From Candidatus Woesebacteria bacterium GW2011_GWB1_33_22 (lineage in GTDB: Bacteria > Patescibacteriota > Microgenomatia > UBA8517), in contig LBOW01000001.1 in NCBI GenBank assembly GCA_000989765.1, positions 47,660 through 111,659 on the forward strand: DNA of 64,000 nucleotides, in the 5' to 3' direction. A model generated the notes under the pieces. It saw nothing but the letters and a program-made list of their open reading frames with translations. It was not told where the DNA came from and made no database searches. The position numbers were made by a program, and so were the translations under genes. Numbering within the stretch: position 1 is the stretch's first letter; each line of letters opens with the position of its first letter. Below are positions 57,922 to 64,000 of this stretch, in pieces.

Positions 57922-59424
57922 TTATTTTTCTAATTCCAGATTATCATAAATCCTAGAAAGGACAACTCCATGCCAATCGTTTATATAAATTGGTTTTTTA
58001 TTATTAAAATAAATTATTTCTTCCAAATTTGGGCTTAATAATTTCATTGATTCTTCAACAATTACAAACCTTTCTGTTTTCCAATCTGTTGAAATAGTAA
58101 CATTTGTGTAGTAAGGCAAAGTACTTTTACTACATCCCAAGTATGCAACAGATTTGATATCAGGGTATTTATTTATGAGATTTAAAATTGAAGATCGTGC
58201 TCCCATACATAAACCTATTACTTCATTAGATTGTACAATTTTAGGTCCTCCAGAAAATATGTTTCTATAAATATAGTAATTGGGGAAGTAAAAAAGTGAG
58301 ACTGTAGATGAGATCGCAAATATGCTTATTATAGCTATAGTTTTATAAAACTTATGTAATTTATTTAGAAAATAATATATTGAAATTCCAGAAAATAGGT
58401 ATAACCAAGGAATAACTGGGAAGATGTATCTAATTCCAAGTTTTTTTGCTGGAATAGAAAGTATGAGTATATATGAGATTACAAATAACGGAATAATAAT
58501 AGTTAATAACTTTTTGTTCTTTAATATCTTTTTTTTAACAAATATCGGGTAAAAAAGTAGTGAGCTAATTATTATTATGGGTAATCTAGTTAAGATCTGT
58601 TGTACATAGTAATAAAAAGGTGGATTACTTGTTATTTTCCCATTAAAAAAAGTTATAAAAGAGTTATTTGATAATTGAAATTGGTTAAAAATATATGAAT
58701 ACATATCAATTATAATATTTCCTTCCTGCCCAAGCCAAAGTAATTTTGCAAAAACTAAAAAGCAAAAAAAAGTAATTATTGTTTTGTACTGTTTAGATAA
58801 AAAAAGAGGAATAAATAAGATTAAACCAGTAGGTTTAGTTAAAAAGGCAAGACTTATAAATATCGATGAGACAATAATAGATATTTTTATATTTTTTATT
58901 AAAAAAAAGCTTGATATTGCTAAAAACATCCAAATAGTAAGCGGATAGTCAACAAGTAACCACCTGGATAATGCGATCGATGTAGGATCAATTGATAAAA
59001 GAAGACTGGCAAGTAGTGCAATATATTTATTATTGGTTATCCTTTTTGTTATGAAATAAAAAATTGCTATAAAAATAGAAGTTAAAAATACAATCGGAAT
59101 TCTGGCGGCAATGAAGTCGCTAAATAATTCAAGTGAATAATGTGTTGGTTGACCCTTAGCTAATAAGAATATTGATGCACCAGATATAATAGTTTGTGGC
59201 AAATTAATAGCTTCTGTATCGGTATCTTTTGTCCACCATGCTGACTTGAAATAGTCAAAATTATTAGTTTTAATTGCTAAAAATGCCTCTCTACTTCTGA
59301 CTGTCCAAGTGATTTCATCGGGATATATCTCAGTTGACGTTAGATTATATGAACGAAAAAGAAGAGAAATCAAGAAAATTGCAGTAGGAAATATCACATT
59401 TGACAAAAGTTTTCTCTTTTTCAT
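57922..59424 (-). CDS. GT-C fold membrane glycosyltransferase (ArnT/PMT_2-like)
   Basis: EIYPDEITWTVRSREAFLAI DE motif after the first TM helix; about 12 TM helices. Confidence 0.6.
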   Translation of the reverse strand: MKKRKLLSNVIFPTAIFLISLLFRSYNLTSTEIYPDEITWTVRSREAFLAIKTNNFDYFKSAWWTKDTDTEAINLPQTIISGASIFLLAKGQPTHYSLELFSDFIAARIPIVFLTSIFIAIFYFITKRITNNKYIALLASLLLSIDPTSIALSRWLLVDYPLTIWMFLAISSFFLIKNIKISIIVSSIFISLAFLTKPTGLILFIPLFLSKQYKTIITFFCFLVFAKLLWLGQEGNIIIDMYSYIFNQFQLSNNSFITFFNGKITSNPPFYYYVQQILTRLPIIIISSLLFYPIFVKKKILKNKKLLTIIIPLFVISYILILSIPAKKLGIRYIFPVIPWLYLFSGISIYYFLNKLHKFYKTIAIISIFAISSTVSLFYFPNYYIYRNIFSGGPKIVQSNEVIGLCMGARSSILNLINKYPDIKSVAYLGCSKSTLPYYTNVTISTDWKTERFVIVEESMKLLSPNLEEIIYFNNKKPIYINDWHGVVLSRIYDNLELEK

Positions 59425-59451
59425 TTAAATAAATTATACTATTAACTTAAG

Positions 59452-60273
59452 ATGAAGATTTGGGCACATACATTAGTTAAAAACGAGGAAAAGTTTGTAT
59501 GGTATTCAGTCATGTCAATTATTAGTCATGTGGAGAAAGTTTTACTTTGGGACACTGGGAGTACTGACAATACACCTGAAATTTTAAAAGAATTAAAAAG
59601 AAGATATCCAAATAAAATTGACCTTAATTTTTTAGGTAATGTTACAGTAGATGAATTTACTGAAATTAGACAGCAAATGTTAAATGTTACTAAATCGGAT
59701 TGGTTTATAGTTTCCGATGCTGATGAAATTTGGTGGCAGGATTCAATTGCGACATTATCAACAGCAATTCGTGATAGAGGGTTAAGTGTTGAATCAATTT
59801 ACACTCCTGCAGTTTTATTAGTAGGTGATATGTTTCATTTTCAAGAAGAACGTGCGGGAAATTATAAATTAGGGGGTCAAAAAGGCCATTTTGGACTAAA
59901 AGCCATTAATAGAAATATTTCAGGGCTTTCCTCACTAAATCCTCACGGTTCTTGGGGTTGGGTTGATGGAGATAAAAAAATGGTACAGGATAGAGATCCA
60001 CAAAAACTATTGTTTGTTAATGCACCGTTTATGCATGCTTCTTTTTTGCAAAGATCTCAGAGTAGATTGTTAGATAACAAAGTTCCCAAAAGGAAAAAAA
60101 AGTATAAATTTGAATTTGGTGATAGGTTTCCATTGGACTATTTCTATCCTGAAGTTTTTTTTCAACCAAGGCCAGATTTTGTTGATAGTGTTTGGCAAAC
60201 AACAAATTTTGGCTTTAAATTTAAAGCTTTTTTTCAAACACCATTTAAAAAGATTAAAAGAAGACTAATATGA
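59452..60273 (+). CDS. GT-A fold (family 2-like) glycosyltransferase, soluble
   Basis: HTLVKNEEKFV...LLWDTGSTDNTPEIL...IVSDADEIW (NEE / DxGSxD / DAD motifs). Confidence 0.5.
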   Translation: MKIWAHTLVKNEEKFVWYSVMSIISHVEKVLLWDTGSTDNTPEILKELKRRYPNKIDLNFLGNVTVDEFTEIRQQMLNVTKSDWFIVSDADEIWWQDSIATLSTAIRDRGLSVESIYTPAVLLVGDMFHFQEERAGNYKLGGQKGHFGLKAINRNISGLSSLNPHGSWGWVDGDKKMVQDRDPQKLLFVNAPFMHASFLQRSQSRLLDNKVPKRKKKYKFEFGDRFPLDYFYPEVFFQPRPDFVDSVWQTTNFGFKFKAFFQTPFKKIKRRLI

Positions 60274-60953
60274 ATAAGACCAATTATAAAAAATACCACA
60301 GAGATGACACATATTTGGAAAATGAAAGTCTTTTTAGGAATATTTTTCAAAAAAGATATACCTTAATTTCAAAATATATCGAAAGTCCTTCAAAAGTATT
60401 AGATATTGGTTGCTCAAATGGGGTATTTTTAGATTTGTATATGGAGAGTGAAACTTGGGGGGTAGAGCCTTCACAAAATGCTCATAAAATAAATAAAAAA
60501 CATAAAGTTATTAATTCAACTTTTGAGATAGCAAAACTGCCATTAAATTATTTTGACTTGGTAATAATGAATCACACACTGGAACATCTAAAAAGACCAA
60601 GTGATGTTTTAACAAAGATTAAATCATTACTTAAAAAAGACGGCATAGTATTTATAGATGTGCCTAATGTCGGGAGTTTATCCTCCAAAATTTTGGGCAA
60701 TAAATGGCCATATTTATTGCCAGAGGAACATCTTTGGCAATTTGATAAAAAAAGTATTACTAAACTTACTAAAGATGCTGGATTTGAAGTTCTTCATTGG
60801 GAATCAAGATCCGGAATTTTTGAATATACAAATCCTTTTCTGGAATTAAAAAGGAAGAGATTTTTAATTGATATTTTAACTATTCCTTATGCTTTAATTG
60901 CTACCATTTTTAATATGGGGGATAGTATGAGTATCGTTGCAATGAAACAATGA
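60270..60953 (+). CDS. class I SAM-dependent methyltransferase with C-terminal hydrophobic segment
   Basis: VLDIGCSNGVFLD...FDLVIMNHTLEHL...LKKDGIVFIDVPN; C-terminal LIDILTIPYALIATIF. Confidence 0.75.
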   Translation: MNKTNYKKYHRDDTYLENESLFRNIFQKRYTLISKYIESPSKVLDIGCSNGVFLDLYMESETWGVEPSQNAHKINKKHKVINSTFEIAKLPLNYFDLVIMNHTLEHLKRPSDVLTKIKSLLKKDGIVFIDVPNVGSLSSKILGNKWPYLLPEEHLWQFDKKSITKLTKDAGFEVLHWESRSGIFEYTNPFLELKRKRFLIDILTIPYALIATIFNMGDSMSIVAMKQ

Positions 60954-61171
60954 AAAAAGTAAAAAAATGCGATTTTCAAATAGAAGGTGAATGGGGGAGC
61001 AGACATCAGTTATGTTCTTGTGTAGGAAAGGAAGGTGAAGAAGGTAACTGTTTAAAACAACAAATCGCTGAAGGTAAAGTTAAGTTAGTTAAAGGACATG
61101 GTCCATACGATGAAGTGTGCGAAGGCCGTTGTTTACAAGAACAAATTAAACGAAGAACTCAGGAAGGTTAA
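60950..61171 (+). CDS. small Cys-rich, Glu/Gly/Lys-rich protein (73 aa), unknown function
   Basis: ORF in ATGA overlap with the upstream MTase. Six Cys (CDF, CSC, NC, VC, RC). Local GC content and codon choice are visibly different from surrounding genes. Confidence 0.4.
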   Translation: MKKVKKCDFQIEGEWGSRHQLCSCVGKEGEEGNCLKQQIAEGKVKLVKGHGPYDEVCEGRCLQEQIKRRTQEG

Positions 61172-61743
61172 TCATAAGTTTATCTATGGTTGAAAACAAT
61201 ATTGTATTTATATTTAATTTTTTAGCTGATTCAATATTATTATCTTGATTATCAATAAATAACATTTCCCTCGGTTTAATTTTAAGATCATCTAATACAT
61301 ATTTAAAAATTCTCGAATTTGGCTTTGAAATTCCAAGTTGTGAAGAACAATAAAGTTTGTCAAATATTCTTTCTAATTTAAATTTTTGAATTTTTGACAA
61401 ATAAATATCATCAGAATCATTAGCTATCATTACTATTTTATAATTTTTAATTAATTTTTTAATTATATTTAATAGTTTTTTGTCTATCCATATCGCTTCA
61501 TAATATTTGTTACTTAAAATAACTGGATTTATTTTTTTGAGAGATATTTTTGATACTTCAACCCAAAATTGTTTCATCGTTTTTACCCCAATCTTTAATT
61601 CGGGCCAATGATCCTCAAAAATTTTTTGAAGAATGATCTTTGTCAAAACCTGTTAATTTGAGGATATTTTTAAAAGTATTATTCCAGTCATTAGCATCAG
61701 GACCTAGTACTCCACCAAAATCAAAAGCAATAACTTTTATCAT
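61146..61743 (-). pseudogene. HAD-superfamily hydrolase interrupted by a frameshift in an A5/T6 homopolymer run (or sequencing error)
   Basis: Minus-strand ATG at 61743 encodes MIKVIAFDFGGVLGPDAND (HAD motif I, DxG) and runs to a stop at 61615-61617. The main ORF 61146-61646, in a different frame, carries the distal HAD motifs (GISKPNSRIF, FIDNQDNN). The frames meet at caaaaatttttt (61616-61627). Confidence 0.5.
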
Positions 61744-61766
61744 TTTGATGTTAAATTATACTATAA

Positions 61767-63440
61767 TTAATATTTAAATGGTTCGTATTTAAAATCGACA
61801 AATTTAGTATCATTTTTTATATTTACTTGTCTTGTTTTTTCTGTTGTTTCAAGTACTTTAGTTTTTTCTTTGCCATTTAAATAAGCATTCCAATTTGGAT
61901 TATAAACTTCTGGAATTACTAGTTTGTCAGTTTCGTTTTGTATTATTACCCGTATAAAATTTGGTTTATATATTTCATAATTTGGTTTTTTATATAGTAA
62001 ATTTTCATAAATATCATAATTATCAATTGTTTTTACTAATTTTAGATTATCTCTGCTAATTTTATATGGAGATATTATATATTTAATACGATATTCAGCT
62101 AGAACTGGTGGATATGGCTTGAATTTTTCATGCAAATAATTTTGAAAAGGTGGAATTGATAAAGAGTATTTTTTATCCCAGTAGCCTTGTGTAATTTGTT
62201 GGCTGTATTCAAAATAATTTTTTTGCTGTAAAGTGCCATATCCTTCGACCAATTCAATATTATTAATTGCTGCGTCTTTTTGTCGAATACATTTTGTTAA
62301 ACAAAAAACACGATATATATCCACATCCTCTGTTAAGAATGCAATAATTCCAGGTGGTGTTGATTCTACAAGTTTAATAGGCTTACTAAATATATATTTT
62401 CCTATTAATAAATATTCGATTAATGAAAGTAATCCGAACACAAGAAGTAGCTTCTTATTTTTAGAAGTCAAATAATCTAACCCTTTTGCAGCTAAATACA
62501 TAGTAATTATTATTATAGGAAACCAAAATCTAGTCGAAACTCTAAATAATATAAACCAATCAAAAGTTAAGATATTTAATGCTAAAATCGAAATGGTAGC
62601 CACAGAAATAAAAACATAAATTTTATTTTTAGTAGTTGACTTAATATATCCCAGAGTTGCAAGTATAAATACGACGATACCAAAAGTTATATTTTTTTCT
62701 GTATCCCTAGTTGCAATAAATATATTTTTAATAAATTCTCTTTTACCATTCCAAACAGGATAAGTTTCTGGGCTCTGTAGTAAAAACTCTCTGGTAGTCA
62801 ATTCTTGCCATCTAAGTTGCGGAGTCAATATAGGTAAACTTATCAATAGCAATATTAAATGGCTAAGTAAGAACAACGAAAATGATTTTTTGTTTCTATA
62901 TAAAAAGAATACCCCATTGGTTACGAGTAAAATTAGAAAAATTAATATATGGCTGGTATAAACTAAATATAAAAAGAGTGATAAAAGAAGGATTGATTTT
63001 AAACTCTTCTTTTGAATTAGGTTTATTGTTGACCAGTAAACCCAAGGTATAAATGCCCATGATTGAATAAGACCAAGGTGTCCAGCTTCTAAATATGAAA
63101 AGAATTTTGGAGAGAGAGAAAACAATATTGCGATAATAAGACTGGTTTTTTGTGTAACACTGTTTATTTTAAGCAAGAAATACATACCAAGACCGGCAAT
63201 AATCATGTGAATTAAGATTGAAATTAAAATTCCAGTATCAATCGGAAGAAGCAAGAAAATAATATTTAGCGGGTAAATAAATAAATTTTGAGGATCAGGT
63301 AAAAGTGGTGTACCTGAAAAAAACATCTTGTTCCATAAGGGAATTCCGTCTCCAGATAACAATTGTTCTTTTATGTAATAAATTAATGGCCAGAAAAACT
63401 CAGTTAGGTCATTATTTCGATTTAGTATAAAATTAAACAT
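61767..63440 (-). CDS. YfhO-family polytopic membrane protein (GT-C-like glycosyltransferase)
   Basis: N-terminal FWPLIYYIKEQLLSGDGIPLWNKMFFSGTPLLPDPQNLFIYPLN...IHMIIAGLGMYFLLK resembles the YfhO signature. About 14 TM helices, hydrophilic C-terminus. Confidence 0.6.
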   Translation of the reverse strand: MFNFILNRNNDLTEFFWPLIYYIKEQLLSGDGIPLWNKMFFSGTPLLPDPQNLFIYPLNIIFLLLPIDTGILISILIHMIIAGLGMYFLLKINSVTQKTSLIIAILFSLSPKFFSYLEAGHLGLIQSWAFIPWVYWSTINLIQKKSLKSILLLSLFLYLVYTSHILIFLILLVTNGVFFLYRNKKSFSLFLLSHLILLLISLPILTPQLRWQELTTREFLLQSPETYPVWNGKREFIKNIFIATRDTEKNITFGIVVFILATLGYIKSTTKNKIYVFISVATISILALNILTFDWFILFRVSTRFWFPIIIITMYLAAKGLDYLTSKNKKLLLVFGLLSLIEYLLIGKYIFSKPIKLVESTPPGIIAFLTEDVDIYRVFCLTKCIRQKDAAINNIELVEGYGTLQQKNYFEYSQQITQGYWDKKYSLSIPPFQNYLHEKFKPYPPVLAEYRIKYIISPYKISRDNLKLVKTIDNYDIYENLLYKKPNYEIYKPNFIRVIIQNETDKLVIPEVYNPNWNAYLNGKEKTKVLETTEKTRQVNIKNDTKFVDFKYEPFKY

Positions 63441-63443
63441 TTA

Positions 63444-63472
63444 TTGCTAGAATTAATATTACCACTTACAAT
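63444..63472 (+). promoter_or_regulatory. sigma70-like promoter TTGCTA-17 bp-TACAAT upstream of 63483 gene
   Basis: -35 TTGCTA (63444-63449), 17-nt spacer, -10 TACAAT (63467-63472), in the 42-bp divergent intergenic region. AGGA lies immediately before the ATG. Confidence 0.3.
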
Positions 63473-63482
63473 ATTAAATAGG

Positions 63483-64000
63483 ATGAAAAAAGTTATTTTA
63501 ATTAGCCTTATTTTTATACATTTATATTTACTTTTAAACTTGAAGTTTACACCTTGGCCAGAAATGCTATCTTTCCCATATCTTTTCTCAAATGGGTTTA
63601 CTTTGTATAAAGACTTTATAATTCCATATCCTCCATTTTTAGTTATTTTATTAAGTATAATTTATAAAATATTTGGTTATAAAATATTGGTTTTGAAAAT
63701 ATTTACATGGGCTTTAATATTATTGACTGACCTATTTATTTACAAGATTGTAGATCTTGTGACAAAGAAAAAGTCTTTTGCACTCATTTCAGTTGCAGTT
63801 TTTGTTTTTATTCAGCCCTTTTTGGATGGTAATATGCTTTGGTTTGATACTTTTTTAGTATTACCTGTTTTAGTTTCAGTCTTTTTTTTGCTACAGGATA
63901 AAAATATTAACAAAAACATTTTATTAGCTGGTGTTTTTTTGGCAATTTCAATTTTTAGTAAACAAACTGCCTTAATATATCTTTTAGTTTCCACAATATT
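63483..64000 (+). CDS. polytopic membrane protein, GT-C-like (3' partial at window edge)
   Basis: MKKVILISLIFIHLYLLLNLKFTPWPEM... with multiple TM helices; the ORF runs off the window. Confidence 0.5.
   Translation, partial: MKKVILISLIFIHLYLLLNLKFTPWPEMLSFPYLFSNGFTLYKDFIIPYPPFLVILLSIIYKIFGYKILVLKIFTWALILLTDLFIYKIVDLVTKKKSFALISVAVFVFIQPFLDGNMLWFDTFLVLPVLVSVFFLLQDKNINKNILLAGVFLAISIFSKQTALIYLLVSTI

Noticed and set aside
60950-61171. Interpreting the Cys-rich ORF region as a structured ncRNA or riboswitch because of its elevated GC
   Set aside because: There is a clean ATG-to-stop 73-codon frame with an ATGA coupling to the upstream gene and no obvious extended stem-loops. A coding interpretation fits better, though it remains unverified.
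1-64000. Defence or mobile element systems (CRISPR, restriction-modification, toxin-antitoxin, prophage, IS)
   Set aside because: I found no direct repeats/spacer arrays, no transposase, integrase, helicase, nuclease or ATPase motifs, and no tRNA genes. The methyltransferases are small-molecule/sugar-type class I enzymes without DNA-MTase motifs (no DPPY/NPPY, no target recognition domain).

Overview
This AT-rich (about 30% GC), very gene-dense window uses the standard genetic code and is almost entirely one cell-envelope glycan/glycoconjugate biosynthesis locus (about 1.4 to 64 kb). Its lineage is probably CPR/Patescibacteria-like, inferred from DUF5667-like secreted proteins, massive start/stop overlaps and the GT-C-rich repertoire. 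I read about 55 protein-coding genes and no rRNA, tRNA, CRISPR, transposase or phage genes. Glycosyltransferases: three GT-B (GT4-like), about seven GT-A (GT2-like, two of them GtrB/ArnC/DPM1-type polyprenyl-phosphate sugar synthases), and at least twelve polytopic GT-C-like membrane proteins. The GT-C set includes ArnT/PMT-like proteins with an N-terminal DE motif, a PIG-V-like protein, an AftD/DUF3367-like 991-aa protein, a YfhO-like protein, and two paralog pairs with C-terminal discoidin (F5/8 type C) carbohydrate-binding-like domains. Nucleotide-sugar tailoring genes: three DegT-family aminotransferases (one fused to an SDR epimerase), two SDR epimerase/dehydratases, GDP-fucose synthase, a Gfo/Idh/MocA oxidoreductase, three hexapeptide acetyltransferases (one fused to a GT2), a NodU/CmcH carbamoyltransferase, an AsnB-type amidotransferase and seven SAM methyltransferases, most carrying hydrophobic anchor segments. 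There are two Wzx/MOP-type flippases. The left edge carries the C-terminus of dihydroorotate dehydrogenase and an SDR gene. The most interesting hypothesis is a mycobacterial-Emb/Aft-like extracytoplasmic glycan polymerisation system, using polyprenyl-P-monosaccharide donors and many GT-C enzymes with carbohydrate-binding modules, in a non-actinobacterial and probably ultra-small bacterium. This is inference from motifs, not from database searches. Also notable are a Cys-rich 73-aa ORF with atypical composition and a frameshifted HAD hydrolase.
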